A DNA stretch of 63,481 nt, filler included, from Octopus bimaculoides (lineage: Eukaryota), in NCBI RefSeq assembly GCF_001194135.2. It is 3 parts of 3 records of this genome, joined end to end, with 100 filler letters (N's around TTAATTAATTAA, not from the genome) between each part and the next. Parts side by side here need not be neighbours in the genome. Positions count along the whole stretch, not along the records: positions 1 to 31,796 come from NC_068998.1; 2 more parts are not named here. One strand, given 5' to 3'. Both the position numbers and the translations under genes were made by a program. Positions 1-12,038 of this stretch are shown piece by piece. The notes under the pieces were generated by a model, which was not told the DNA's origin, searched no databases, and was given only the letters and a program-made list of their open reading frames with translations. How positions within the stretch are numbered: the first letter of the stretch is position 1; each line of letters begins with the position of its first letter.

Positions 1-221
1 CACCATTTCGAGCGTGGCCGTTTTCGTGCGGGTGACACGTGAAAGCACCCACTACACTCTCAGTGGTTGGCGTTAGGAAGAGCATCCAACTGTAGAAACT
101 CTGCCAAATTAGACTGGAGCCTGGTGTTGCCATCCGGTTTCACCAGTCCTCAGTCAAATCGTCCAACCCATGCTAGCATGGAAAGCGGACGTTAAACGAT
201 GATGATGATGATGATGATGAT
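1..221 (+). mobile_element. RTE-LINE 3'-tail-derived short repeat ending in (GAT)n
   Basis: Motif ...gtggttggcgttaggaag...ccaacccatgctagcatggaaagcggacgttaaacgatgatgat recurs at about 3040-3305, 13210-13385, 36819-37088(-) and 45981-46200(-). In the last case it is contiguous with RTE ORF2 C-terminal coding sequence. Confidence 0.75.
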
Positions 222-1322
222 TACACTCATGCATGTTAATTTAGTTAGCAGGTATTTCATCTTGAGGTTTGCTGAGAACAAATCTCCTGAAATGTCAAGA
301 ATCTTTCTAACGATTCTCACAGAATACAGGATGGTACGTTTCTTCAGGTTATTATTATTATCCTCATTAATCCTGTAGCTGTTTTTTTTTCTGTTGCAGC
401 CCCTACTCCTATGGTTAAGCCCGATATCATTACACCTATTCTTCTTATTATTATTATCAGTTTCAGCCCCACCTTTATAAATCTCTGATGCCTGTCTCCC
501 TAATATTTCTCTATTTTCATTTCTTTTATCTTACAGGCCCCAGTATTCTTGCTGCTGTTGGTATTTTCCTTGTGATGTCTGTTGTGATTTCGACCCCAAA
601 GGGAGTATTGTACCAAACTATTCATCTTTTGTATTTTTGCTTCTATTTCTCTCCCCTATTTGGTCAAGTGTAGGTCGGCTCCCATCATGATTAAGTGCTA
701 TTTCTACCCTCATGGCTGTCCCCATCTCCATTCTTATTGTCTTCCTCTTTAACTTTGTACCTTTCATTATTTGGTGGGGGTCATTTATATTCAGCTTTGG
801 ATTCCTATTATTCTGGAATGCTGCACAACTTTATCTCATCTAAGCTTCTGCTTATTGGGGAGTGGGAGGGGGGTGCAGTGTTCATTGATCCTTTCATTCT
901 GTTAATCTTACTGGAATTATTTCTACTATCACTGCTCTGGTGAGCATCCCAGTTAATATTTACCAAACTTGTAATGCTACTATTCCTAACAAGATCACTA
1001 TTTAATTTTTCCACCAATCCCGCTTCCACTATTTCTACCGAATTTCACTCTCACGTTATTTGTCTACTTAATACTATAGTAGAAGACACTTGTCTAAGGT
1101 GCCATGCAGGAGAATTGAACCTGAAACCTGTGGTTGTAGTAAAACAAACTCCTGAATCACGCAACCACACCTTCTATTCATGCAGGTTTTGCTTCTGTGT
1201 TCAAAATTTGTTACATCAATAAAATAAGAACCAGTAATATATTGGGGGACAATTTAAAAGATCTATACACTCTTCTATGTAATACAGCAGAGAGAGAGAG
1301 AGAGATTGGAAATAATTGTTAC

Positions 1323-1428
1323 CTTTATTGGATCTTTATGGTAAAGTCTATCTTGGAATGAAACTAGATCCCGCAGCAACATGGTACAGCAAGCATCTAT
1401 GTCCTTGTCAAGGATCTGGTTACAGTAT
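1323..1428 (-). CDS. SECISBP2L: SBP2/SECISBP2L-like coding exon 14 (E|YCNQILDKDIDACCTMLLRDLVSFQDRLYHKDPIK)
   Basis: AG at 1430-1429 and GT at 1322-1321; phase 2 to 0. Matches the conserved SBP2 block YCxQxLxKxxDxCxxxLLxxLVxFQxRxYxKDP that precedes the L7Ae domain. Confidence 0.95.
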
Positions 1429-1722
1429 CTACAAATATAAATTACAATTAATTAAACTATATAAATGCAATTTCTTTTCAACAAGGTCTTTCATGAGCCC
1501 CAGGACACACAAAGCTTCAATGTCTGCTTCAACACTGATTTCTACAGCCGGAAGCCCTTCCTAACACCAACCAATCCACTGTGTGTACTTTTGAGGACAT
1601 TAAGCTGTCATGGTCAACAGATAAATGTTGCCAAGACTTATTCAAAACATGGAACAAGGGAGGTTATCGTTGCAGTAAATAACAATAATAATGATTCAGA
1701 AGAGATTTTGATGAGTACTTAC

Positions 1723-1909
1723 TCACGAAATCTCCTGCTGTGGATCTTAAGAACTGCTGGATTGACATCTTTTTCTGTAGCTCCAGCAATAGGACTATTG
1801 ACCCCTGAACTTAGAGGACTGATGCTTATGGGAGACGTTTGGCTGACAGGAGACAGATCAGCACTGGCTGGTGTCGTAGCTCCTCCATGATCACCTTTCA
1901 TACTGGCAG
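1723..1909 (-). CDS. SECISBP2L: SBP2 coding exon 13 (...SADLSPVSQTSPISISPLSSGVNSPIAGATEKDVNPAVLKIHSRRFRE)
   Basis: Contains the SBP2 KIHSRRFRE motif and an SBP2L-like LSPxSQxSP stretch. Donor GTAAGT at 1722. The 5' boundary TTCCAG|CT is chosen by phase and is less certain. Confidence 0.85.
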
Positions 1910-2779
1910 CTGGAATAGATGCAACCATTGTCACATGGAGAATCATTTACAGCAGATCAGAATGTTGTTGTTCTTATTAGAAAGAAAACAGAATTCTTTT
2001 GAATGAATCTTATGAAGGTGAAGTAACAATATCTAAATATCAAAAGAGTTAAGCATAAACGAAGCTACATAAACACATTCACTTGGTTTGTAAACAGTAT
2101 TTTACTAAGAAACAATCTCATAAAATAGTTTGATAGATTTTACTAAGGGTCAATTCAACTGAAACAACCTGCACTTCTCGTTAAGCTATATTGTTTTGTT
2201 TAGACTCTGGTCAGTTGTGACCTGGCTCAGTTGACCTGTAAGCAAAGGCATTTCAGTAGTGACCATCCCCTTGTTTTTTTACAGACATAATGGGTCTATA
2301 GCCACATTCTTCATTTTCTTTCCTTCCCTACAGCAAGGCACCTGTTTCTAATTCTTCTATCACACCTCAGCCCCTCATCACTAGGCACAAAGCCACCTCC
2401 CTCACTATTCCTCCCCCACCTCTCTGTTTAGGGGTCTTGTCTGGTGAGTTTACATCTGGTTTGTAAGATCCATTGACAAAGTTGCAAAAGCAACAAAAAT
2501 TTTGGAAGAAAACGTTTAAAAAATAAGTGAGTGGAAATGGAATCGGTGAGTATGTTAGATAATAAGGCATTAAGACAATATGACCCTCCCCAGACAACAT
2601 AACAGGAATAGTTTTAGCAACTTGAAAGCGAGAAAAGAGCCTGGTTAGGTGATACAGTGTGTGTGTGTATTATACTAATTTATCTGACAGAAGAAGAAGA
2701 TTGGGAAAATAAATGCAGATGACTTTGTTAATTAGAATTGGTGAAAATAATTCAACATGAGATTTGTTTTTATACACAC

Positions 2780-2832
2780 CATCTTGAGACAAATCACTTT
2801 CAGCATTTACCACACCAAGGCCAACAGGGACA
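2780..2832 (-). CDS. SECISBP2L: SBP2 coding exon 12 (S VPVGLGVVNAESDLSQD)
   Basis: Strong acceptor gttttgtttttttctag, open frame, donor G|GTGTGT. Phase 2 to 1 bridges the neighbouring exons. Confidence 0.65.
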
Positions 2833-4061
2833 CTAGAAAAAAACAAAACAAAAATGAAACAAGATATTAATTGTAAGGGAAAAAGAAAAGGTTATATCAA
2901 TTAAAAATTAGGATGGACTGTCAATAGAAACTGGATAATTTTTTTATTTTTGGAGGGGAAGGGTTAGAGTTAGGGTTATCCATTTGTACATAGATATGGA
3001 CTCTCTCTGCATCCCATTTTCATAGTAATCCCTTTGTCTTCCTAACATGAAGCTGATCTCCAACTATCCCAAGGCTCATAGCCCTGCAAACTGCATGGCG
3101 ACCTCAATAGTGCAGGTGGCACAAAAAAAAAAAATAAGAAGCACCTGGTCTACGCTGTAAAGTGACAGGCATTAGGAAGGGCATCCAACTGTGAAAATCA
3201 TGCCAAAGCAGACACTGGAGCTTGCAGTTCTCTGGGTCATCAGATCCTGTCAAACTGTCCAACCCATGCCAGCATGGAACATGGATGTCAAATGAGAATG
3301 ATGATGACCTAGTTGTAGAATCAACTTACTGAATTAGAATGCACAGTGGTTGAGTATTCCAGAGACATATTTTCAATATAATTCTTAAGCAGAGTCAGTA
3401 TGACATGTGACAACAGCAGACATTTTAATTAGTTACAGTCGTCCATCCAGTGAACCAAAATTCCTGCAGAAGGTTGACTCAAGGCTATGGGAAAGAGACT
3501 TGTCTAGAATGCCACACAGCAAGACTGAACCAAGGACCTCATGATGGCAAGATATACTTCTTAACCACCTAGCCATACACAAAAATATAATAATGTAGCT
3601 GAAACCAATCAGACAGTTCTTGAATCATGGGACACTTCCAAGAAGTAGAAGCCAACTGTTAAATCTATTTCACATTAATTCCACATTCGATCAACACTGG
3701 AATAAAAATTACTATTGTGCCAGAAGAAGAGAAGACGGGTGGAAACAATGTAAAAAAAAAATCTATAAATTAAAATCTTTTAGTAAAAGCAAGACATCAT
3801 TATTTTAAATTTAGGAACAAGGCCAGCCAGCAATTTCAGGGGACCAGATTGGCCCATTGCTCAACTGGGACTTATTTGATTGATCCCAAAAGAATGAAAC
3901 CCAAAACTGACCTCAGCTGGATTTCAACTCAGAATGTCAAGACAGATGAGCCTGACATGCCTTAAGCTAAAATACATTATTATTATTATTATTAAAGTGA
4001 AGATAGAGAAATCAGTTAATATTTTTGAAAAGTTGTTGGTGAATAATTGAGAGCAACGTAC

Positions 4062-4156
4062 CTTGGGGAAGCCAGATCATTGTCCAAAGCACTGACAGTT
4101 GGATCAACCTCCAACAAACGGAGTCGTTTTTTTTCTTCACGCTCCTTAAGAATTAC
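4062..4156 (-). CDS. SECISBP2L: SBP2 coding exon 11 (VILKEREEKKRLRLLEVDPTVSALDNDLASP)
   Basis: ILKERxE motif of the Sec-incorporation domain. TTAG|GTA and AG|GTAC junctions, phase 0 to 2. Confidence 0.92.
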
Positions 4157-4769
4157 CTAAACGAAAGACAAAGAATCAGAAAAACATCATTGGCAAGAGG
4201 ACAAGAGAAAATCTGGAGATTTGAAAATTATATTGGGGATGATAAAGAGTAAAACCAAAGTGGAAGTAAGAAAGGCGTTACAATATACGTAAATTGATTT
4301 CTGGGTTCCATCTAATGCAGGAACACAAGAAAATGGTTAAGTTTCAAGTGCCAAAACATTTGTGAACTTCATCAGGACCTCACTAAAATGCACCCACAGA
4401 GTTAATTTATTTTATATTTGTGTTTTTTTTTTTAATGTACATAAAATGAAGATACAAAATTAACCAGTGAGATTGTAATATACACCGTAACAATTAATTT
4501 GGGACACAAAATAAGCATCCATAGTTTATGCAATCTGTCGTATAGGCTGAACAGATAGAGCGACAAGACAAAATACCTTGTGGTATTTGGTCTCTTTTAC
4601 ATTAGTAGTTTAAAACCTGCTCGGGTTAATTTACTTTTCATTTTGCTAAAGTTAATAAATTCACAACAGAGGTTAGTGTGATTGACTAAAGCTTATACTT
4701 ATAGCCTCAGTCCAATGAGTGAAACCAGGAAAATAATAAAAGAATATATAATTTATATATACAGCAAAA

Positions 4770-4945
4770 TGTCCAGTTCTTGAAAGGACACCCTAAAAAT
4801 AGCTGGAGGCAGGATATTGAGGCAGACCTGGAAAAAAAGCAGGGATCCAACTGAAGCGGGAGAAAAGAGCAACCTAAAGTGAAGAACAGTGGAGAAAAAT
4901 CGTTGCTGGCCTTGATGCTTCATGGAGAGTGAAGAAGGGCTTAAA
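4770..4945 (+). mobile_element. RTE-like LINE 3' end remnant
   Basis: Decayed coding resembling the GRPKxTWRxDxEADL...WRxxVxGL C-terminus of RTE ORF2. Confidence 0.45.
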
Positions 4946-4960
4946 AAGAAACCTGTTTAC

Positions 4961-5068
4961 CTTCTTCAAGGGACTTGGTTTCTTGGCTTTCGTAATCTCC
5001 CTTTCCTTGCCTCGTTTTGCAGGAGCTGAACTGTCAAGGATGTTTCCAACAATTGGTTTATTTACAGA
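4961..5068 (-). CDS. SECISBP2L: SBP2 coding exon 10, SID / Lys-rich motif (SVNKPIVGNILDSSAPAKRGKEREITKAKKPSPLKK)
   Basis: LDSSAP...GKxREIxKAKKPxxLKK is the signature of the SBP2 Sec-incorporation domain. 108 nt, phase 0 to 0, canonical sites. Confidence 0.95.
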
Positions 5069-5599
5069 CTAAAATAAAATAAAATAAAAATTCTGGAAAA
5101 ATCTCAAAAATTAATTGTGAGTCATATAACAATTAATTAAGGTGGTGATAACGAAGAATAGAGGAAAAAAGAAAAGAAAAGAGGTAATTTCAGAACAGGA
5201 AAATCCTATTTCAACTCTTATGTTTCAGTTCAGTTGGAAATACCCAAGTTTTTGATCTGAGCAAAATTAGTTGAAACATTTCTGTTCAAATTTTTAATTT
5301 CCTTTCAGGTCTTTGGGGAAAGGAAGACATAATCTGGAATAAATTATGCCTGAAGAGGTGGGATGGTCAGGACTGGAATACCTTTGAGCATAGGTTTCCA
5401 TGATCACAATCTGGACTGAACTTAATTATGGCTGCATAATTAAGAAGTTCGATTTGCAATTATGTGGTTTCCAGTGACATCTATCAGATGTCGCTTAAAA
5501 AAGTTGGGCAGTTTCCTCAGGTAGCAATATTTTTTATGAATAATATCTGTGAGAGAGAGAGAGAGTGGGAGGAGGAAATGTTAAATTCTGGTGACTTAC

Positions 5600-5647
5600 T
5601 TTCTCTTTGAAAACTTCCTTCTTTTGTTGAGGTTCTTTAAATCGTTT
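5600..5647 (-). CDS. SECISBP2L: SBP2 coding exon 9 (KRFKEPQQKKEVFKEK), 48 nt
   Basis: tttcag|AAA ... AAA|gtaagt, phase 0 to 0. Completes the ALE|K motif. Confidence 0.8.
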
Positions 5648-6321
5648 CTGAAATTGAGAAAATGTTGAAAGAGAAAATTTATATCAAACTAAATCTTTAA
5701 ACTCTTAAAAATTACATAAAAACAAAATAATTATTGGACCATGTGACTGGAAATGTTCACTTAGAAAAGGGTAAAAAAAAAAGGGGGGGGGCAGAGGTAA
5801 GTTTGAAGATCTAAGTGAATTGAGAAGTGGAAAGGGCAGAAGAGATTCTGATGGAGAAATGCATGGTTAGAAGGTGGATGTGAACCATGTATTGCTGCAA
5901 CATGTGTTTGTGGTAGATGAGGTGGAGGTGGAGGTGCTTGGAGAGTGATGCAAAGGGAGATAATAAAGTGAGAGTGTGTGTGTGTGATTTAACATTCAAT
6001 TTTCCAGGGTTGTAAACAAGTAATGTTGTTTGTTTCCTGTGGAAAACATTACCCAGCTTGGAAACAGGGCTGCTGGTGACAAGAAGAGCATCCAATTGAA
6101 CCCGAAAGGATGAAAGGCAAAGTCCACCTTGACGGTATTTGAACTCAGAACATAAAGATGGATGAAACGCCACGAAGCATTTCATCTGGCGTGCTATCAT
6201 TTCTGCCAGTTCACCGTCCAACAGCTTTGCTACCCACAGGAGAGGTGTGAGGGGTGGGGATAGAGGTGAAAAAAAAGCAGTGACGGGTGGGGTAGAGGTG
6301 TTAGAAAAGAAAATGTCTTAC

Positions 6322-6650
6322 TTCAAGAGCATCAATCATAGCACTAATATCTAACGAGATTGGTTGTTTAGATTTCTTGCCAGGTGCCACAGCATGATGA
6401 ATGACTTCATTGGGTGCCACAGACAGCCTCCCAGAATTACTGATGCTGCCCACTGCTTTGCCTGCTTTGGATGTTGAGGTGGGTGTCACAGATCGAGGGG
6501 TGCCAGAAGCAGACTTCTTCTTGGGAATATTGCGTTGTATTAACATCTGTTGTTCCAGTGATATTTCAGCAAGTTCTTCCTCTGCAGCACGGTTCGCTAA
6601 TTCTTGTCTCTTCTGCCAGCGCCGAGTCAAATGACCATCTTTTTTGTTTC
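6322..6650 (-). CDS. SECISBP2L: SBP2 coding exon 8 (...KKSKQPISLDISAMIDALE)
   Basis: Within ORF 6301..6684; resembles SBP2 KKxxxPxxLDxxxMxxALE. cccag|GA and GAA|gtaag junctions, phase 1 to 0. Confidence 0.92.
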
Positions 6651-6932
6651 CTGGGTGAAGCAAGGAAATTGTTAGAAAAAACATTGAAACTATGAGAAAT
6701 AAAAATAATTTAAACAGCTTTTCTTTTTACTTGGTTTATTGGATTGTGGCCAGGGTGGAGCACTGTCTGGAAGAATTTTAGTCAAATGAAGTGACCCCCC
6801 CCAGTATATTAGTTTTTAAAATTTTGGTACTTATTCTACCAGTTGCTTTTGTTGACCAGCTAAGTTGCAGGATATAAACACACCAACACTGGTTGTGAAA
6901 TGGTAGTAGGAGACAAACACAGACACAAAGAC

Positions 6933-7330
6933 CATCATGGCTGAGTGGTTAAGAAGCTTCCTTGGTAACCATGTGGTCTCAGGTTCAGTCTCACTGTGTG
7001 GTACCTTGGGGTAGATGTCTTCTACTATAGCCATGGGCCAACCAATGCCTTGTGAGTGGATTTGGCAGACAGAAACTGTACGGAAGCCCGTTGTGTGTGT
7101 GTGTGCATCTGTCATTGTGTTTGTCCCCAAACCACTACTTGACAACCAATGTTGGTTTGTTTACAGCCACATAACTTAAGCAGTTTGGCAAAAGAGAGTG
7201 ACAGAATAATTACCAGACTTAAGAACAACTACTGGGGTCGGTTTGATTGACTAAAAAAACACTTCAAGGCAATGCCCCAGCATGGCCACAGTCCAGTGAT
7301 TGAAAGAAGTAAAAAAACAAAAAGATCCCT
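6933..7330 (+). mobile_element. tRNA-head SINE (family with ...ttgggcaagtgtcttctactatagc... core and gtaaaagag tail)
   Basis: Pol III A/B-box-like head (tggctgagtggttaagaag...ggttcagtc). Homologous copies at about 29530-29830, 40910-41275(-), 42310-42400(-), 49330-49420 and 63168-63481(-). Confidence 0.75.
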
Positions 7331-7886
7331 GTGATACGTAACTCCTTGAAAGAAATGCTTTTCAAATACTTCTGTTAGTTTATTTAAATCTATCAAAAGT
7401 AAATACAAAGGTTTATGGTTGGCATCAGTGAATCTGGTTTCTCTCATTCAACCAAAGAGAAATCTGCAGATGTTGGAATGGTTGAGCATTTCTTGGAGTC
7501 TAAGAGAGACTTGTGTAGCACACAAATGGAACAATTTCCAGTTGGTTATTGGCAAATAACAGTGCAGAAAAGTGGAAATTGATCTGAACAATAGAATAGA
7601 ATAAACAAAAGTTTGTGTGCCATAAAGAGAAGTGAGTTGTAAGAGCTCAAGCAGAAATCTTTATATTTCACTCTAAAATTTAAATACAAACAAAGCAATT
7701 GAACTCCCAAAAGAAACTCCTCAAACTTTTGTCTTTCTCTCTTCCCAATTATTCATCAATTGCATTGCTCTCTCAGCAGCAAGCATCACAACATAAACTG
7801 TTAAGGCTTCGTTCAGTTTTCATTTTGTATCTAAACAATCCAAACAATCATAAGTGATATTTTAAAAAAGAGATTCAGATATTTAC

Positions 7887-7941
7887 CACTTCCAGCATCT
7901 GCATTTCCATCATTTAGTGTGGATTCATATATCACAGTATT
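7887..7941 (-). CDS. SECISBP2L: SBP2 coding exon 7 (NTVIYESTLNDGNADAGS)
   Basis: tttctttcttcag acceptor, G|gtaaat donor. 55 nt, phase 0 to 1, exactly as needed between the flanking exons. Confidence 0.8.
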
Positions 7942-8504
7942 CTGAAGAAAGAAACAAAGAAACAAAATTTTATCAAACAAATCACACAAACACAAACAGC
8001 AGCTGTTGCCGTGGAGAGGTGATAAGTGTATTTAGGGTTATTCATGAGCTTCTGGAAGCAACCCAGGCACAGTAGAAGTGCTTACGTTACCATCACAGCA
8101 ATAATACTGACCAACAGCAAAAAAGGCCAGCTAATTGTATTAGATGCCAATACTGTAAGTTACTAGCACCCATGATCAAACAGAACCCTGAAGATGGGAC
8201 AGTGTGGCGTGTGTAATCACGTCCTTGTCTTGACGTTGCATGACTGTTGTAAATGATTGTCGTTTATTTCCAATATTCTGCAAAAGCATGTCTGGTCTGG
8301 GGGAAATATCTTGTTTGGAAACAGGTGAGGGTTGGTGACAGGAAGGGCATCCAGCCACAAAAAAATCTGCCTCAACCAAATTCCATCTCACCCATGCAAG
8401 CATGGAAAATGGATGGTAAAACAATGATGATGATGATATACAAACTATGTTTTTAGTTTGCTTAGAGAAGATTGTAAAAAACAAACAAACAATGTAAAAC
8501 TTAC

Positions 8505-9202
8505 ATTTTTCAAGATATCACAGTATTTCATTCTTGGAGCAGAGGAGGCAACAGGTTCCTTATTAGAAGGTAATTCACAGAAATCTTCATCTTGTATTAC
8601 CATGTCATCCATTGAGACAGAGTTGGACAAACCTGATCTCGGGGTCTGACCGGGGCTTGAAAAGTTGCTCCCTTTGCTAACATCTCGATCTTTCTTCTTC
8701 TTGCGACGATTCTGTTTCTGTCTTTTTTTGCCAACTTCTTCAACTGATTTAGGTTCCAGGTTTTTATTATCACTTGTCGAACATTCCACTGATGGTATTG
8801 CCACAGCGCCACCTACTGGATAATCATTCCTTAATGTTGATTTTGCTGGTCTCTGTGCAATGGCAGCATAACTGAAACTGGTAGGTTGTGTTGTGGTCGG
8901 AGGAGGAGGAGGAGGAGGAGGAGTGGTGGTGGTGGTGGTAGTAGGAGTAGTTGCAATAGCAGGAGGAGGTGGTGGTTGTTTAGTGTTGGGTACAAGTCTT
9001 TCCGGAGCAACATGCGTACCGTTTGACACGACATTGCGCCGATGTAGTGGACTGCTGTAGCCACTGTCGGAGTCCTTTTCTTCGGAGTCAGTCAAATTAC
9101 TGATCCACTGGTTCGAATGACTACGGATTCGGGTCTTGTTAAAAGAAAACAAAGAGCTGGGCCTTTCAGAAAGTGTCAAGTTTTCCAACTCAGCAGAAAA
9201 AT
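8505..9202 (-). CDS. SECISBP2L: SBP2 coding exon 6 (DFSAELENLTLSERP...Pro/Thr tract...SYAAIAQ...KKRQKQNRRKKKK...YCDILKN)
   Basis: Within the 260-aa ORF 8445..9227. ttgcag|AT and AAT|gtaag junctions, 698 nt, phase 1 to 0. Confidence 0.9.
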
Positions 9203-9442
9203 CTGCAAAAAGACAATCCATTTTCACAGATCAATAAGCAATAAAGATACAATAAAACAGCTGTTTTCTCTCAACAGAATTTTAACTGAAAATAATTGAA
9301 TTCAAAACACTCAGAATTAACTGCTATAAAAAGTCAGTGGGACAGACTGGGACAGAACTAGAAACTCTAGAGTTGCAAGCTTCTTAATCCCGCAGCCTTA
9401 TTTGCCCGAATAAGGAACAGAAAAGAGAGAAAAAGGACTCAC

Positions 9443-9572
9443 CCGTTTGTACTGCGATTTCAGCTAGTTTTACAGTCTTTTGAGAAGCTTCATTTTTAAA
9501 ATGTCCCTTAGAATTCAATTTAGTCTTTTCTTTCTGAGTTCCATGATTCACTTTCTTTGAAGATTGGGCATT
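9443..9572 (-). CDS. SECISBP2L: SBP2 coding exon 5 (NAQSSKKVNHG...KTVKLAEIAVQT)
   Basis: tttctag acceptor, G|gtgagt donor. 130 nt, phase 0 to 1; joins to give QT|DF as in SBP2L-type proteins. Confidence 0.85.
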
Positions 9573-10632
9573 CTAGAAAATGTATTTGGATGGATATATA
9601 TATTAATAAAAGAAATCTGATAGAAATCATGTTTAAATAATAAAAATGCAGAAATAGCATGGAAAGCAGAATAGAGTACAAGAAAGAAGGAAGGAAGAAA
9701 TGAGAAGAGAAAAAGAAGGGGTGGAGGGGTGGAGAGGGAGAGGCAGGCAGAGGAACTTTATAAACGTAAAATAAAGTACAAGACTGGTTCAACTGTTGTT
9801 CATAGAATGAGAACATTTTTGATTTTCTTGAAGCTAGAGAGAGAGAAAGAGAGTTTGGAATTTTTAATATGGAAAAAATATTCAAGGCTATGAGAAGAGG
9901 TAAGCTCCCACGATTTGCAAGCTGAAGTTCAAGGTGAGAAAGGATCATTACTGCCACATTACTAATAAAGAACATTTTTTAAATGGCTTTAAACAATTTT
10001 CTTCTTTAAATTATTTTCAATTTTATATTTCGTCTCTTATATTTTATCTTTCTCCTGATAAGACAAATTATTTTCATTTTTTGACATGTAATAAGTTTCA
10101 AGCGATTTATTACTTTGCAAATACAGCTGTGATCTTTGTTTAAAACTTTAATGATATAAATTGATAACAGGGAAAAGCTACGAATAATATCACAATTAAT
10201 TAGTGAAATGATAGAAGGAAGGAAACAATATGCAAAAACAAATTTATAGAAAGTCAACAAAGAGAAATGAAATATTAATTGGAGTTCAATTACACTTAAA
10301 ACATAATAATGTAACTGAGTTGGTTTTAAAAACAATTGTTAGAAAATATATTTCTCTCATTTGAAAAAATTTGATGTTGGAACTCTAAAAGACCTTCAGT
10401 GCTCATCCATCCTCACTCAGCGACTGGTTATGATGCAATCAAGAATATTCCAGCCTGAAAAAAGTTAATGCTTTACTTCAAGACAACATGCAACTCTCAT
10501 CTATTTAATTCTGATAACTCTTTGTAAAAAAAAAATTATGCAAACTGAATGAAAGACACCACAGCAACAAAATCAGAAATGTTCCATTATTCAATGACAA
10601 ACCAACTCAGATTTATTAAGATGAATTCTTAC

Positions 10633-11087
10633 TTTGGTTGATTTCATTTCAGGCCATTCCTCATAATTCTGCAAGTTTGGTGTGTAGACTTTGACAGGTG
10701 AATTTTTCGGGTAGTTGGAAGACATCAGAGCTGCTTCCATACCATAAGGATTGTTGTGTAGAGCTGGCACTGGGGCCTGATTCCTTGGCTGGGGCAAAGG
10801 GCCATGGACTGTTGCTGACTGGCTGAGTTGTGCAGGTGGCAGAGGAGGCGGTGGTGGTGGTGGAGGAGGACCAAGGGCAAAATTATAAGCAGAGTTGGCA
10901 TTTGGTGGGTAGGATATATACACATAGCTAGAACTGGCTGTGGGGGAGTAATTAACTCTGTTGTACAATATTGGAGTTGGTTGAGGAGCTGTGATGGAGA
11001 CACCAGCTGGCATGTACATATATTCATCCATTTGTTTCTGGAGAGGACGATGAGATTTGTCCATCTTGCCATTTCGGTTGCCTTTCA
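10633..11087 (-). CDS. SECISBP2L: SBP2 coding exon 4 (Tyr/Pro-rich; ...NLQNYEEWPEMKSTK)
   Basis: Within ORF 10591..11088. ttctag|TG and AAA|gtaag junctions, 455 nt, phase 1 to 0. Confidence 0.88.
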
Positions 11088-11464
11088 CTAGAAAAAGACA
11101 AAAGGATTCTTAGAAAAAAAAAACTGCTAATGTTCATGTATCCACTGTCATTAAAAATAAAGAAATATTTAATATTCCTAAAAATAAATATTTAACTCTG
11201 CTATACTTAAAGAAGACATAGTTCCAGCTTGTATTCATTTACCAAGTTGGAAACTAAAACAGCAGTTCATGTTGGTTTTCTAATGAAGGTTCTGAGAATT
11301 ATTCACCAAAAGAGACCGATAAAATAAGTACTAGGCTTACAAAGAATAAGTCCTGGGGTCAATTTGTTCGACTAAAGGTGGTGCTCCAGTATGACCTCAG
11401 CCAAAAGACTGAAACAAAAGAATAAGTGAATAAAAGAATATATAATATGTCTGCCTTTACTTAC

Positions 11465-11520
11465 CAAAATAACCCTTGTTATCTGTCATTTGGTTGGCTA
11501 CATGCCAGTTGCCAACATCA
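11465..11520 (-). CDS. SECISBP2L: SBP2 coding exon 3 (DVGNWHVANQMTDNKGYF)
   Basis: ttttcag acceptor, G|gtaagt donor. 56 nt, phase 2 to 1, resolving the phase mismatch between exons 2 and 4. Confidence 0.82.
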
Positions 11521-12038
11521 CTGAAAATTGGAGAAAAAAATAAGCAGAAGATGTCAATTGTTAGAGATTGTATTTTCTACGGGGATTTCTACATCAGTGG
11601 AAAGGGTTTATGAGAAATTAATAGGGTTTGTGAGAGTAAACAGGTTTATTCTTGTCAAAGACCTCAAAGGTAAAGGAGGAGATGAATCAAGAGAAAATGA
11701 TAGGGTTTCAAGTCTAGGGGACGACCAGGTTGTAGGCCATTTTAAACTTGAGAACAAGAATAAACAGAGAAGGTTTTAAATTCTTGCAGTATTTTAACGA
11801 TGTAGACAGACTCATTTCGTAATGAATTGAAGTGAAAAATTGTATTAACTTGGGATTGTTTAGCTCAAAAATAGGGTTTTTATATCTCATTTGGGATATT
11901 ATTAGAAAAAAGCTTTTAGGGTTATTTGCGGGAATCAAAGACAATGTGAAAAAGGGACTCTTGAGTCAACACAAAACAGTTACTTAGGAACATGAAAAGA
12001 ATATAGCATTAATAAATGAAATTCTGACATTCACTTAC

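Noticed and set aside
808-1029. ORF in the SBP2 orientation just downstream of exon 14
   Set aside because: Does not encode the expected AKxKRRxVxGLREV L7Ae start; the next exon is probably left of the window.
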